A stretch of 64,000 bases of DNA from contig CACBXQ010000007.1 in NCBI GenBank assembly GCA_902543245.1, positions 161 through 64,160 on the forward strand, in the 5' to 3' direction. Below the pieces are notes generated by a model. The model did no database searches, was not told the DNA's origin, and saw only the letters and a list, made by a program, of their open reading frames with translations. How positions within the stretch are numbered: position 1 is the first letter of the stretch; each line of letters begins with the position of its first letter. This document shows positions 50,213-61,817 of the stretch, piece by piece. This stretch comes from an uncultured Pelagibacteraceae bacterium. Lineage in GTDB: Bacteria; Pseudomonadota; Alphaproteobacteria; Pelagibacterales; Pelagibacteraceae. Made by a program: the position numbers and the translations under genes.

Positions 50213-51328
50213 TCACAATTTATTAATATATTTATCATGAAAGGTGTCAAAAGTGTCCATTTCTATATTCTTTCTAATTTCACTCATTAGTTCCTGATAA
50301 AAATTTACATTATGTAAAGTTAACAACATTGATCCTAAAATTTCATTCGTATTAAACAAGTGATTTATATAGTTTTTTGAATACTTATTTAAATTTAAAT
50401 TTTTACAATCGGAGTCTAATGGAGAATTGTCTTTTTGATATTTGGAATTTCTAATATTAATTCTGCCATTCCACGTAAAAGCTAATCCAGTACGACCAGA
50501 TCTAGTTGGCATAACACAGTCAAACATATCAATGCCTCTTTTAACAGCGCCCAGAATATCAGATGGTGTACCTACACCCATTAAATATCTTGGTTTATTT
50601 TCTGGCAATCTATCCTTTAAAAAATCAAGAGTTCTAAACATTTCATTCTGAGTCTCACCTACAGCCAATCCACCAATAGCAATGCCATCAAAATCAATTT
50701 TTAATAGATCATTTAGAGATATTTTTCGAAGATCTTCAAATAAACCGCCTTGAACTATACCAAATAAAGCTTTATTTGGATTATGTCCAAAAGCTATTTT
50801 TGATCTTTGGGCCCAATAAGTTGATAGCTCTAACGATTTTTTTATTGTTTTGTGATCTAAATTATTTTTAGGGCACTCATCCATAACCATAAGAATATCT
50901 GAGTTTAACCCTTTTTGTACTCTAATACTTTCTTCAGGACTTAAAATAAATTCTTTACCATCTATATGAGATTTAAAAATTGCACCCTTTTCTCTGTCAA
51001 TTTTATTAAATTTTGACAAGGACATAACCTGATATCCGCCTGAGTCAGTCAAAATTGGTAATGGACAATTCATAAAATTATGAAGTCCACCGGCACTAAT
51101 AATTCTTTCTACGCCAGGTCTAATCATTAAATGATAGGTATTAGATAATATTATATCTGAACCTGTCTTTATTATATCATCAATAAATGTAGCTTTGACA
51201 GTTGCTTGCGTACCAACAGGCATGAAGGCAGGTGTTCTTATATTACCTCTTTTAGTAGTAATTTTTCCAGTTCTATAATTTTTAGAATTTTTCTTTAAGA
51301 CATCAAACTTAAAATTATTTAATGCCAT
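50213..51328 (-). CDS. tgt: tRNA-guanine transglycosylase
   Basis: TPAFMPVGT, TDSGGYQ, GIVQGG, GGLAVGE and DMFDCVMPTR motifs. Confidence 0.97.
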   Translation of the reverse strand: MALNNFKFDVLKKNSKNYRTGKITTKRGNIRTPAFMPVGTQATVKATFIDDIIKTGSDIILSNTYHLMIRPGVERIISAGGLHNFMNCPLPILTDSGGYQVMSLSKFNKIDREKGAIFKSHIDGKEFILSPEESIRVQKGLNSDILMVMDECPKNNLDHKTIKKSLELSTYWAQRSKIAFGHNPNKALFGIVQGGLFEDLRKISLNDLLKIDFDGIAIGGLAVGETQNEMFRTLDFLKDRLPENKPRYLMGVGTPSDILGAVKRGIDMFDCVMPTRSGRTGLAFTWNGRINIRNSKYQKDNSPLDSDCKNLNLNKYSKNYINHLFNTNEILGSMLLTLHNVNFYQELMSEIRKNIEMDTFDTFHDKYINKL

Positions 51329-51334
51329 TAAACA

Positions 51335-51895
51335 TTATTCTGATTTAAAACTTAAAATTTTATCAGGATTATCAACAGCACCATTATTATTTTGGTCGCC
51401 TCTTTTAATATTATCAACAAATTCCATACCTTCAATAACTTTTCCAAAGACTGTATATTGTCTATCTAGAAAAGGAGCTGCTTCAAAACATATAAAAAAT
51501 TGACTATTAGCACTATTTGGATCAGATGATCTAGCCATAGACAATGTCCCTCTCTCATGAGGTAAATTATTAAACTCCTGCTTAAGATCTGGCATAGATG
51601 ATCCACCCATTCCAGATCTACTCAAATTAAAATCATCTTTAGATGAATTGCCAAATTTTACATCACCTGTTTGCGCCATAAAACCATCAATAACTCGATG
51701 GAAAACTACATTATTATATTCACCATTGTTTGCTAAAGTTTTAATTCGCTCGACATGATTTGGTGCAACATCTGGATATAGTTCAATTTTAACATTGCCG
51801 TCTTTAAGTTTTAGTATCATAATATTTTCCTTTGCGTTAGTTTGATTAATTAAAAATAAAAAAAAAATTATTGAAAATAAAAATTTTTTAAGCAT
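51335..51895 (-). CDS. Cyclophilin-type peptidyl-prolyl isomerase
   Basis: FHRVIDGFMAQTGD, SMAR..NSANSQFFI and YTVFGKV motifs. Confidence 0.96.
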   Translation of the reverse strand: MLKKFLFSIIFFLFLINQTNAKENIMILKLKDGNVKIELYPDVAPNHVERIKTLANNGEYNNVVFHRVIDGFMAQTGDVKFGNSSKDDFNLSRSGMGGSSMPDLKQEFNNLPHERGTLSMARSSDPNSANSQFFICFEAAPFLDRQYTVFGKVIEGMEFVDNIKRGDQNNNGAVDNPDKILSFKSE

Positions 51896-52382
51896 ATTTT
51901 TTTTTAAGTGATTTAATTGTACTTTTTGTTGTAAATTTATTTACATTTCCACCTAGTGAGATTATCTCTTTAACAAATTTTGAAGAAATGATTTGATTTT
52001 CCACATCTGACATCAAAAAAATCGTTTCAATACTATTATTTAATTTACGATTCATTCCAGCTAGTTGAAATTCATATTCAAAATCTGATACAGCTCTTAA
52101 ACCTCTAAGTATAACTTTAGAATTATTCTTTTTACATAAATCTGTAGTAAGAGATTTAAATGTAATTATCTTAATTTTTTTTCTATCAAACTTTAGATCT
52201 TTAAATAATGCATTTTTAATTATTTCCTGTCTTTCATCGCTTGAGAAAAGATAATTCTTATTGTTACCATCGGATACAGCTACAACGATTTTGTCTACCA
52301 ATTTTAAGGCTTTTTTAATTACATCAATATGACCAAAAGTTATTGGATCAAAAGTACCTGGATAAATTGCTATATTTTTCAT
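51888..52382 (-). CDS. coaD: Phosphopantetheine adenylyltransferase
   Basis: YPGTFDPITFGH and RGLRAVSDFEYE motifs. Confidence 0.98.
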   Translation of the reverse strand: MKNIAIYPGTFDPITFGHIDVIKKALKLVDKIVVAVSDGNNKNYLFSSDERQEIIKNALFKDLKFDRKKIKIITFKSLTTDLCKKNNSKVILRGLRAVSDFEYEFQLAGMNRKLNNSIETIFLMSDVENQIISSKFVKEIISLGGNVNKFTTKSTIKSLKKKYA

Positions 52383-54955
52383 TATATTAAATTATCATCA
52401 ATTTTAATAGCTGAAACAACTTTTTCATCACCTGATAGTTTAATAATTCTTACACCTTGAGTGTTTCTACCAGCAATTCTAATCTCTTTTACAGCAACTC
52501 TAATAACTCTACCTTTGTTAGTGGAAATTATTATATCATCACCTTCGTCGACTGGAAAAGAAGATGCAACACTACCGTTTCTCTCCGAATTTACAATTCC
52601 AATTATACCTTTTCCACCACGATTGGTAACTCTAAAATCATAATGAGATGTTCTCTTACCAAAACCATTTTTTGTAACAGATAAAATAAATTTTTCTTTT
52701 GCTTTAATTTCAGATTTTATATCTTTACTTATTTTACCATTAGCTACTTTTTCAGATTTATTTATTATCGACAAAGAAACAATAGCGTCATTACCAGCTA
52801 AATTAATACCTCTAATACCTTTTGAAGAACGACCCTTAAAAACTCTAAGTTTCTTAGCTTCAAATCTAATACACTTACCATTATTAGTGCTTAAAATAAT
52901 ATCTTGTTGATCAGTACAAATTTTAACACCAACGATACGATCATTTGTATCAAGCTTCATAGCAATTTTACCAGATTGATTAATTGAAATAAAATCCTCA
53001 AGATTATTCTTTCTTACTTTACCTTGAGCTGTGGCAAAGACTATAAAAGAATTTTTTAATTCCTTTTCATCATCTGGAAATGGCATAATAGAGCTAATTG
53101 ACTGATGGTTTTTAAGTGGTAACAAGTTAAATAAAGATTTACCTTTTGAGGATGCTGATCCCTCCGGTATTTTCCATGCTTTAATTTTATAAACTAAGCC
53201 TTCTGTAGAAAAAAACAAGACTGACGTATGTGAGTTAACAGATAAAGTTTGCACTACAGAGTCCTCTTCTCTAGTTTTTATGCCTGATTTACCTTTACCA
53301 CCTCTTTTTTGTTGCTTAACATTGCTTAAAGCACCTCTTTTTATATATCCTTGCAATGTAACAGTAATTATAACTGCTTCTTTTTGAATTGTTTCCTCAA
53401 TATCATAATTTAAAACAGCATCAATAATTTTAGTTCTTCTTGGAATTGAAAATTTATCTTTTATATTTATTAGTTCTGAACTTATTACTTTCAATAATTC
53501 CTTTTTAGAACTTATAATTTTCTTAAATTCTTTAATTAAATTTGATAACTTTTTTATTTCGTCTTCAATTTCTCCGATACCAATAGCAGTTAATTTTTGT
53601 AATCTTAATTCCAAAATTGCCACTACCTGATTCACAGATAAATTATAGGTAGTAGTAACTTTTTTATCTTGAACCGTATTAATCAGTTTTGATGACTTGT
53701 TAATTTTCCATTTGGTATTTAATAAGGTTTTTTTTGCTTCATCAGGATTTTTTGATGTTCTAATAACTTTAATAATTTTATCCAAGTTTTCTACAGCCAC
53801 AGAAAGACCAACTAATATGTGTGCTCTATCTTCAGCTTTTTTAAGATCATGTTTAGTTCTTTTAATTACAACATCTTCTCTAAAGCTTAAAAAATTTTCC
53901 AGAAACTCTTTAAGAGTACATGTTTTAGGTTTATTTTGTACTATCGCTAAAGTATTAAATCCAAAAGAGCTTTCTATAGTAGTATACTTAAACAATTGTC
54001 TCTTAATTGTTTCTGGCTCTACGTTTGACCTTAAATCTATAGCAACTCTAAGGCCTACACTATTAGACTCATCTCTAATATCTTTAATGCCTTCAATTTT
54101 TTTAGTTCTAACAAGCTCAACAATTTTTTCATTTAAAACAGATTTATTAACTTGATATGGAATTGAACTTATAACCAACCTATCTCTACCATTTTTAAGG
54201 TTTTCAACATTTATTTCACCTCTAATCTTAAAAGAACCTCTTCCGGTTTTATATCCTTCTTTAATAATATTTTTTCCAATTATAATTCCTCCTGTAGGAA
54301 AGTCAGGACCTGGTATATGCTTCATCAATTCATTTAATTTAATATCCTTATTTTCAATTAGTGCTAATGTCCCATTTATAACTTCACCTAAGTTATGAGG
54401 GGGAATACTTGTCGCCATACCCACGGCAATACCTCCCGCTCCATTAACTAGAAGATTTGGATATTGTGCAGGCAATACTGATGGTTCTTTTTCTGTTTCA
54501 TCATAATTGCTTTTGAATTTAACTGTATCTTTATCAATATCATCAATTAAATACTGAGAAACTTTAGCTAATTTTGTTTCTGTATATCTCATTGCTGCAG
54601 GTGGATCTCCATCAATAGATCCAAAATTACCTTGACCATCAATTAATGGTAAACTCATAGAAAAATCTTGAACCATTCTTACTAAAGCATCATAAACTGA
54701 TTGATCCCCATGAGGATGATATTTACCAATAACGTCACCAACAATTCTCGCAGATTTTCTAAACTGTTTTGACCAATCATAACCACCTTTATACATGGCA
54801 AAAAGAATTCTTCTATGAACAGGCTTAAGGCCATCTCTAACATCTGGTAAAGCTCGACTTACTATAACGCTCATAGCGTATGATAGATAAGATGAACTTA
54901 TTTCATCATACATTGTAATAGGTTTTTTATTTTCGATTATCTCGGTTTTTTGCAT
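52382..54955 (-). CDS. gyrA: DNA gyrase subunit A
   Basis: [22 protein letters not shown] and GyrA-box QKRGGKG. Confidence 0.98.
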   Translation of the reverse strand: MQKTEIIENKKPITMYDEISSSYLSYAMSVIVSRALPDVRDGLKPVHRRILFAMYKGGYDWSKQFRKSARIVGDVIGKYHPHGDQSVYDALVRMVQDFSMSLPLIDGQGNFGSIDGDPPAAMRYTETKLAKVSQYLIDDIDKDTVKFKSNYDETEKEPSVLPAQYPNLLVNGAGGIAVGMATSIPPHNLGEVINGTLALIENKDIKLNELMKHIPGPDFPTGGIIIGKNIIKEGYKTGRGSFKIRGEINVENLKNGRDRLVISSIPYQVNKSVLNEKIVELVRTKKIEGIKDIRDESNSVGLRVAIDLRSNVEPETIKRQLFKYTTIESSFGFNTLAIVQNKPKTCTLKEFLENFLSFREDVVIKRTKHDLKKAEDRAHILVGLSVAVENLDKIIKVIRTSKNPDEAKKTLLNTKWKINKSSKLINTVQDKKVTTTYNLSVNQVVAILELRLQKLTAIGIGEIEDEIKKLSNLIKEFKKIISSKKELLKVISSELINIKDKFSIPRRTKIIDAVLNYDIEETIQKEAVIITVTLQGYIKRGALSNVKQQKRGGKGKSGIKTREEDSVVQTLSVNSHTSVLFFSTEGLVYKIKAWKIPEGSASSKGKSLFNLLPLKNHQSISSIMPFPDDEKELKNSFIVFATAQGKVRKNNLEDFISINQSGKIAMKLDTNDRIVGVKICTDQQDIILSTNNGKCIRFEAKKLRVFKGRSSKGIRGINLAGNDAIVSLSIINKSEKVANGKISKDIKSEIKAKEKFILSVTKNGFGKRTSHYDFRVTNRGGKGIIGIVNSERNGSVASSFPVDEGDDIIISTNKGRVIRVAVKEIRIAGRNTQGVRIIKLSGDEKVVSAIKIDDNLI

Positions 54956-54962
54956 TTAAAAA

Positions 54963-55412
54963 TTAAAATGGAATTTCGTCATCCAAATCATTATCTGGAA
55001 CTTGTGAGCCCTCATCAGGACTTTTTAAATTTTGACTACTTTGGTTTTCATTCATACTATTTCCACCTAGCATTGTTAACGATGAATTGTATCCTTGAAT
55101 TATAACTTCCGTAGAATATTTATCTTGGCCAGATGCTTCGTCTTTCCATTTTCTAGTAGATATTTGACCTTCAACATAAATTTGAGCACCTTTTTTTAAA
55201 TATTGTTGAACTACATTTACCAAACCCTCGTTAAATACAACTATACGGTGCCATTCTGTTTTTTCTTTTTTTTCTCCAGTATTTTTGTCTTTCCATGATT
55301 GACTTGTAGCTAAGCTCAGTCTAGCAACACTTTTACCATTAACCATCTGTTTGATCTCAGGATCTGCGCCTAAACGACCAATTAATAACACTTTATTTAA
55401 ACTTCCAGCCAT
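54963..55412 (-). CDS. ssb: Single-stranded DNA-binding protein
   Basis: NKV.LIGRLG.DPE and TEWHR motifs; DDEIPF tail. Confidence 0.98.
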   Translation of the reverse strand: MAGSLNKVLLIGRLGADPEIKQMVNGKSVARLSLATSQSWKDKNTGEKKEKTEWHRIVVFNEGLVNVVQQYLKKGAQIYVEGQISTRKWKDEASGQDKYSTEVIIQGYNSSLTMLGGNSMNENQSSQNLKSPDEGSQVPDNDLDDEIPF

Positions 55413-55445
55413 ATTATTTATTATGAAATTTTATATTTATATATA

Positions 55446-55461
55446 TCACAATTTATTGTGA
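55446..55461. promoter_or_regulatory. Palindrome in the divergent ssb/uvrA promoter region (candidate operator)
   Basis: TCACAAT-TT-ATTGTGA, perfect 7-bp arms, centred in the 83-bp intergenic region. Confidence 0.45.
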
Positions 55462-55495
55462 ATATTAATTTTATTAAGTTAAAGCAACATAAATT

Positions 55496-58375
55496 ATGCT
55501 TAAAAAGATAGTTATTAAAGGGGCAAAAGAACATAATCTTAACAACGTTTCTCTAGAAATACCAAAAGAGAAACTAATAGTTATAACTGGCCTATCTGGC
55601 TCAGGTAAATCATCATTAGCATTTGATACAATATACGCTGAAGGTCAACGCAGATACGTAGAGAGTTTATCAGCATATGCTAGACAGTTTTTAGATAAAA
55701 TGAAAAAACCCAAAGTAGACCTAATAGAGGGTTTGAGCCCTGCTATATCTATAGAACAAAAAAATACACCTAAAAATCCAAGATCAACTGTAGCTACTGT
55801 AACTGAAATTTATGACTATTTAAGAGTACTTTTTGCAAGAGCGGGAATACCATATTCACCATTTACAGGTAAGAAAATAGAGTCACAAACGATAAGTCAA
55901 ATTGTTGATAAAATTAAAGAATTACCGAAAAAATCAACAATTTTTTTATTTAGTCCAGTGGTAAGAGGACGTAAAGGTGAATACAAAAAAGAAATACTTA
56001 GTTTTAAAAAAAGAGGATTTAGAAAAATTAAAATTGATGAAAAATTATATGATATTGAAAAAGCACCTGATCTTAATAAAAAAGTTAAACATGAAATATC
56101 AATTTTAGTTGATAGAATAGTATTAAATTCTGAACTTGGTAATAGATTAGCCGAAGGTATTGAAACGGCTGTAAACTTATCAAATGGATTGTTATATGTC
56201 GAATATCAAAACGAAACTCTACCTGAAAAATTTAGAAAAACAGAAAAATTAATTTTCTCAACAAAATTTGCTTGTCCTGAAAGTGGTTTTACAATAGAAG
56301 AAATTGAACCACGATTATTCTCATTCAATAGTCCATATGGAGCATGTGAAGAATGCGAAGGTATTGGCGTGAAGCTAAACGTAGATCCAAAGCTAGTAGT
56401 ACCAGATGAAAAGAAAAGTATAAGTGATGGAGCTATTGAACCGTGGTCTAAAAGTAGCACGATGTATTATGCACAAACTCTATCAGCATTGGCTAAACAT
56501 TATGATTTTTCACTTACTGATAAATGGAGTAAATTAACTAAAAAAATTAAAGATGTAATTCTTTATGGATCAGATGATGAAGAAATTAAATTTTCTTATG
56601 ATGATGGATATGAAAAATATTCACACAAAAAAACTTTTGAAGGAGTAATAAATAATCTTGAAAGGAGATATCTTGAAACAGATAGTGATTGGAAGAGAGA
56701 GGAAATTGCTCAATATCAATCAGATACAAAATGTGAAAAATGCAATGGTTTTAGATTAAAAGAAGAGGCTCTTTGTGTAAAAATTAATGATTTACATATA
56801 AGTCAAATTACTGAAAAATCTATTATTGATGCAAAAAATTGGTTTAATGAATTACCTAAATCTTTAGATAATAAAAGAGTTAAAATTTCTGAACATATTT
56901 TAAAAGAAATAAATGAAAGATTAGATTTTTTATTAAATGTAGGTCTAGACTATCTGACACTATCAAGAGAATCTGGCACGCTTTCTGGAGGAGAGTCCCA
57001 AAGGATAAGATTAGCTTCACAAATTGGGTCTGGCTTAACGGGTGTCTTATATGTACTAGATGAACCATCAATAGGATTGCATCAAAAAGATAATGTTAAA
57101 TTAATTAATGCATTAAAAAGATTAAGGGATTTAGGTAATACTGTTATCGTGGTTGAGCATGATACAGAAACGATGGAAAATGCCGATCATATTGTTGATT
57201 TAGGACCAGAAGCTGGACACAAAGGTGGAAATGTTATTTTTGAAGGAAGTTATAAAAAGATATTAACTAACGATGAAAGTATTACTGGAAAATATTTATC
57301 AAATAAATTTTATATTCCAATTCCAAAAAAAAGACGCTTAGCTAAAAATGGAAGATTTTTAGAAATACTAGGTGCTTCTGGTAACAACTTGAAAAATGTT
57401 AATTTAAAAGTTCCATTTGGAACATTCACCTGTGTAACTGGTGTTTCTGGAAGTGGTAAATCGACTTTAATACTCCATACTTTATATAATGCATTAAATT
57501 TAAGTTTGAATAATAATAAATCTAGAAAAATTCCCAAACCATTTAGAAATTTTAAAGGTTTAGAGCTAGTAGATAAAATTATTAATATTGATCAATCACC
57601 AATAGGTAGAACACCACGGTCGAATCCTGCCACTTACACAGGAGCATTTGGACCTATTAGAGATTGGTTTACAAATCTTCCTGAGTCAAAAAGTAGAGGT
57701 TATAAGCCTGGTAGATTTTCATTTAATGTTAAAGGCGGAAGATGTGAAGCTTGTGAGGGTGACGGTGTTATAACCTATGAAATGCATTTTTTGCCTGATG
57801 TATATATTACATGCGATGAATGTAAGGGAACTAGATACAATAGAGAAACTTTAGAAATAAAATTTAAAGATAAAAGTATTGCAGATGTATTAAATATGAC
57901 TGTTGATGAAGGATGTGAGTACTTTGAAAATATATCAACAATTAAATCTAAACTTCTTACATTAAAAAAAGTAGGACTTGGTTATATAAAAATTGGGCAG
58001 CAAGCGACAACACTATCTGGTGGAGAAGCTCAAAGGATAAAGCTAGCAAAAGAACTTTCGAAAAGATCAACTGGAAGAACTATGTATATATTGGATGAAC
58101 CAACTACGGGATTACATCAACATGATATTAAAAAACTGTTAGAAATACTGCATACATTCGTCGCATTGGGTAATACTGTCCTTGTGATTGAGCATAATTT
58201 AGATGTTATTAAAACAGCTGATCATATTATTGATATGGGTCCTGACGGTGGTGTAAATGGTGGCACAATTATAGCTGAAGGTAAACCTGAAGAAGTTGCG
58301 TCACATAAGGATAGTTATACTGGTAAATATTTAAAAGATTTATTAAATGGTGATAAACTTAAAAAAACTGCTTAA
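55496..58375 (+). CDS. uvrA: Excinuclease ABC subunit A
   Basis: Two ABC ATPase modules ([21 protein letters not shown]) with Zn fingers. Confidence 0.99.
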   Translation: MLKKIVIKGAKEHNLNNVSLEIPKEKLIVITGLSGSGKSSLAFDTIYAEGQRRYVESLSAYARQFLDKMKKPKVDLIEGLSPAISIEQKNTPKNPRSTVATVTEIYDYLRVLFARAGIPYSPFTGKKIESQTISQIVDKIKELPKKSTIFLFSPVVRGRKGEYKKEILSFKKRGFRKIKIDEKLYDIEKAPDLNKKVKHEISILVDRIVLNSELGNRLAEGIETAVNLSNGLLYVEYQNETLPEKFRKTEKLIFSTKFACPESGFTIEEIEPRLFSFNSPYGACEECEGIGVKLNVDPKLVVPDEKKSISDGAIEPWSKSSTMYYAQTLSALAKHYDFSLTDKWSKLTKKIKDVILYGSDDEEIKFSYDDGYEKYSHKKTFEGVINNLERRYLETDSDWKREEIAQYQSDTKCEKCNGFRLKEEALCVKINDLHISQITEKSIIDAKNWFNELPKSLDNKRVKISEHILKEINERLDFLLNVGLDYLTLSRESGTLSGGESQRIRLASQIGSGLTGVLYVLDEPSIGLHQKDNVKLINALKRLRDLGNTVIVVEHDTETMENADHIVDLGPEAGHKGGNVIFEGSYKKILTNDESITGKYLSNKFYIPIPKKRRLAKNGRFLEILGASGNNLKNVNLKVPFGTFTCVTGVSGSGKSTLILHTLYNALNLSLNNNKSRKIPKPFRNFKGLELVDKIINIDQSPIGRTPRSNPATYTGAFGPIRDWFTNLPESKSRGYKPGRFSFNVKGGRCEACEGDGVITYEMHFLPDVYITCDECKGTRYNRETLEIKFKDKSIADVLNMTVDEGCEYFENISTIKSKLLTLKKVGLGYIKIGQQATTLSGGEAQRIKLAKELSKRSTGRTMYILDEPTTGLHQHDIKKLLEILHTFVALGNTVLVIEHNLDVIKTADHIIDMGPDGGVNGGTIIAEGKPEEVASHKDSYTGKYLKDLLNGDKLKKTA

Positions 58376-58405
58376 AAATTCTTTAAAATAGTATAATATA
58401 CTAAT

Positions 58406-59008
58406 ATGGTAAAAATTTTACAGTCATTATCAAAAACAATTCACTTTTCTTTGGGAATTGCAATATTACTTTTTGTTTTTTTATTTTTTAATAATGGTGG
58501 TTTTGACTTTGATACATATTTTTGGAGTTGGCTATTTAGATATTTACATGTTTTAACAGGAATTATGTGGATAGGTTTATTGTGGTATTTAAATTTTGTT
58601 CAAATTCCTAGTATGCCAAATATACCTGATGAACAAAAACCAGCTATAGGAAAAGTTATAGCACCAAAGGTTTTATTTTGGTTTAGATGGTCTGCTCTTG
58701 GAACTATTATTACAGGTTTAATTGTAGCTTATTTAAACGGTTATGCTCATGAAGCAATGACTTTGGGCATAGGTAGTGGCGGTGGAAGAAATGCAGCTAT
58801 AGGAATTGGTATGTGGCTAGGTTTAATTATGGCATTTAATGTTTGGTTTATTATATGGCCTAATCAGAAAAGAGCTCTTGGTATTGTTGAATCTGAACCA
58901 GAGTTAAAAGCAAAATCTGCTAAAACTGCAATGCTAACTTCTAGAGTTAATACATTATTATCATTACCAATGCTTTTATCAATGGTTGCAGCACAAAACC
59001 TATATTAA
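58406..59008 (+). CDS. Urate oxidase N-terminal domain / PuuD-like membrane protein (no cytochrome c domain)
   Basis: R.LHV..GIMWIG, WFRWSA, G.IM.FNVW.IIWPNQ and SR.NT motifs. Confidence 0.8.
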   Translation: MVKILQSLSKTIHFSLGIAILLFVFLFFNNGGFDFDTYFWSWLFRYLHVLTGIMWIGLLWYLNFVQIPSMPNIPDEQKPAIGKVIAPKVLFWFRWSALGTIITGLIVAYLNGYAHEAMTLGIGSGGGRNAAIGIGMWLGLIMAFNVWFIIWPNQKRALGIVESEPELKAKSAKTAMLTSRVNTLLSLPMLLSMVAAQNLY

Positions 59009-59013
59009 AAAAA

Positions 59014-59901
59014 CTATTCTTCTTTCGTGATTGTTTTTTGTGAGACTCTTAAATAGATCAATACTGAGTTAGCAATATAAATAGATGAGTAAGTGCCAAA
59101 GAAAACACCTAAAATCATAGCTAAAGAAAAACCTTTAAGAATTTCTCCACCAAAAATAAATATAGAAAATAATGCTAATAACGTTGTTATAGAAGTTATA
59201 ATTGTTCTAGATAAAGTTTCGTTAATAGACAAATTTGTTACATCAAATATTTTTAAATCAGAATTCTTTTTTAAGTTCTCTCTTACTCTGTCATAAATTA
59301 CTACTGTATCATTCATGGAATAACCAACAATTGTTAGTACTGCTGCTACAATAGATAAATTTATCTCAAGGCTAAACAAAGAAAATATACCTAGTGTCAA
59401 TATTACATCATGAAATAAAGCTAAGATTGCACCAAGGCTAAATTGCCATTCAAATCTTATCCATATATATATGAGCATAGCTGCTAAAGACAAACATATA
59501 GCTATTACTCCAGCTTTAAGAAGCTCTGAACTTACCTTTGGACCAACACTTTCTACTCTCCTAAAATCTAAATCAAGTGCATTCTTTGTAACATTTTGTT
59601 TAATATTATTAATAAAATTTGGATCATTATTAAGTTTTTTTTCTATTTTGATTATAAAGTCATTTTCTTTACCAAAGTTTTTAACACTCACATCACCCAG
59701 ACTCATATTCTTAAATGTTGCTCTTATTCTTGAAATATCAGTATCTGGATTGTTAGATCGTACTTCAATTAAAGTTCCACCTTTGAAATCTACACCGTAA
59801 TTCAATCCTTTGAAAATCAGAAAACCTAACGAAATAATTATTAAAATTATTGAGATAATATTAAAAGGTCTAAAATATTTATTAAAATTTATTTGTCTCA
59901 T
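59014..59901 (-). CDS. secF: Protein translocase subunit SecF
   Basis: GVDFKGGT, VGPKVS, FHDV and GYSMNDTVVIYDRVREN motifs. Confidence 0.97.
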   Translation of the reverse strand: MRQINFNKYFRPFNIISIILIIISLGFLIFKGLNYGVDFKGGTLIEVRSNNPDTDISRIRATFKNMSLGDVSVKNFGKENDFIIKIEKKLNNDPNFINNIKQNVTKNALDLDFRRVESVGPKVSSELLKAGVIAICLSLAAMLIYIWIRFEWQFSLGAILALFHDVILTLGIFSLFSLEINLSIVAAVLTIVGYSMNDTVVIYDRVRENLKKNSDLKIFDVTNLSINETLSRTIITSITTLLALFSIFIFGGEILKGFSLAMILGVFFGTYSSIYIANSVLIYLRVSQKTITKEE

Positions 59902-61457
59902 TTAATTACTATTTCCTTATTTTTATTTTTAATCACGTATAATGCAGTCAACATTCTTGCTATAAAATATACAGAAAATAATGTTGTAAAAATACCTACC
60001 CCTAACGTTATTGAAAAACCTTTGATAGGACCTGAACCAAAAATAAATAATATAACAGCCGATATTAATGTTGTTATATTAGCATCCAAAATTGCATTTC
60101 TTGATTTTGTGTAGCCTGAATCAAAAGCTATAACTGAATTATTTTCTTTAATTATTTCTTCTTTAATTCTCTCAAAAATTAAAACATTTGCATCAACTGC
60201 CATACCTACGGTTAAAATTATTCCAGCTATACCTGGTAAGGTTAAAGTTGCATCAAAAAGTGTGAGTATACCAACCAATAAAAACAAGTTAGTAATTAAT
60301 GCTATATTAGCTATAAATCCGAAGTATCTATACTTAATAAACATAAAACCAATTACTAAGAAGAATCCAATTAACAGTGCTATGACTCCTGCATTTATAG
60401 AGTCTTGGCCAAGATCTGGGCCCACTGTTCTTTCTTCAATTATATTTAAAGGTGCTGGGAGTGCACCAGATCGTAATAATAAAGCTAGATCTGTTGCAGA
60501 TTGAAAAGTGAAGTTTCCACTTATTTGACCATTTCCTGTAGTAATTGAGTCTTGAACAACGGGAGCGCTTATAATTTTTCCATCGAGAACTATCGCTAGT
60601 CTTTTACCAATACCATTTTGAGTAGCCTTACCAAATCGTTTTGCACCTACTCTATCAAGACTAAAGCTGACAACTGTTTCATTGGTCATGCTATTCATTG
60701 ATGGTTTAGCATCAATAAGGTTTTCACCACTAATAATTATTCTTTTACTTACTATCGCTTCCTCTGAGCCATCTTCAAATTCAAGTTTTTCAGAACCAAA
60801 ACTTGTTTCAGAACTCTGGGTTATAAATCTAAAATTTAGGTTGGCTGTCTTACCTAAAAGAGATTTAATACGTTCTGGATCATCTAAACCTGGCAATTCA
60901 ACTAAAATACGATCATTTCCTCTTCTTAAAATATTAGGTTCGTTAGTACCAATTTCATCAATTCTTCTTCTTACTATTTCAAGAGCTTGACTTAAAGATG
61001 AAGATTTTAATTCAATTAGACCATATTTTGACAAAGTTAGAATTACATCATTTTCTATTATTTCAATATCGTATTCATGAGACTTATAATTTTGATAATA
61101 AGGGTTAATATTACTATTTTTATCTTCAAATATATTTTTTATATCTTCTAAATTCTTTCCCTCAGCATTTAAATAAATTTTTTCATTATCAATTAGTTTA
61201 ATATTCTTAAAAGAAATATTCTCTTCTTTTAAATAAGCTCTAATAGAAGTTAATTTGTTTTGTAAATTACGTAAAATAACTGGCTTATTGTCTATTTCGA
61301 GTAATAGGTATGAACCACCTTGCAGATCTAATCCAAGATTAATTTTGTTACCAATTAACTTATCATCAAATTTAACAAAGTTAGAAAATGCTAAGTAACT
61401 AATACAAATAGAAAAAATTAATATAGAAATTATTTTTATTTTTGAAAAGTATAACAC
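59898..61457 (-). CDS. secD: Protein translocase subunit SecD
   Basis: LGLDLQGG, RSGALPA and GMAVDANVLIFERIKEE motifs. Confidence 0.97.
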   Translation of the reverse strand: MLYFSKIKIISILIFSICISYLAFSNFVKFDDKLIGNKINLGLDLQGGSYLLLEIDNKPVILRNLQNKLTSIRAYLKEENISFKNIKLIDNEKIYLNAEGKNLEDIKNIFEDKNSNINPYYQNYKSHEYDIEIIENDVILTLSKYGLIELKSSSLSQALEIVRRRIDEIGTNEPNILRRGNDRILVELPGLDDPERIKSLLGKTANLNFRFITQSSETSFGSEKLEFEDGSEEAIVSKRIIISGENLIDAKPSMNSMTNETVVSFSLDRVGAKRFGKATQNGIGKRLAIVLDGKIISAPVVQDSITTGNGQISGNFTFQSATDLALLLRSGALPAPLNIIEERTVGPDLGQDSINAGVIALLIGFFLVIGFMFIKYRYFGFIANIALITNLFLLVGILTLFDATLTLPGIAGIILTVGMAVDANVLIFERIKEEIIKENNSVIAFDSGYTKSRNAILDANITTLISAVILFIFGSGPIKGFSITLGVGIFTTLFSVYFIARMLTALYVIKNKNKEIVIK

Positions 61458-61470
61458 TTAATTTTTGATG

Positions 61471-61758
61471 TTATTTTTTAATTTCTGGTGCTTTTACTAA
61501 ACTTTGTATTCCAGTTGCTTTTACTATTTCAACTTTAACATTATCTGAGATTAAAACTTCAACTTTTTCATTGTCTATAACTCTTTCCACTCTACCAACA
61601 ATACCACCAGATGTTACAACGTCATCACCTCTTTTTAAGTTATCAACCATGTTTTTATGATCTTTAACTTTTTTTTGTTGAGGCCTGATTAAGAAAAAGT
61701 AAAAAATTACAAATATTAATATTAGCGGTATAAATTGACCTATAGAAGATCCAGACAT
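61471..61758 (-). CDS. yajC: Preprotein translocase subunit YajC
   Basis: FYFFLIRPQQKK and GD.VVTSGGI.G motifs. Confidence 0.97.
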   Translation of the reverse strand: MSGSSIGQFIPLILIFVIFYFFLIRPQQKKVKDHKNMVDNLKRGDDVVTSGGIVGRVERVIDNEKVEVLISDNVKVEIVKATGIQSLVKAPEIKK

Positions 61759-61817
61759 AAAATTTTCCTTTAAATTGTTGATGTATTTATATTTATTATA
61801 CTAACAAAAACAACTCT

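Noticed and set aside
50211-50224. TATCACAATTTATT also present in the ssb/uvrA palindrome region
   Set aside because: It overlaps the tgt stop codon and lacks the second arm; probably chance.
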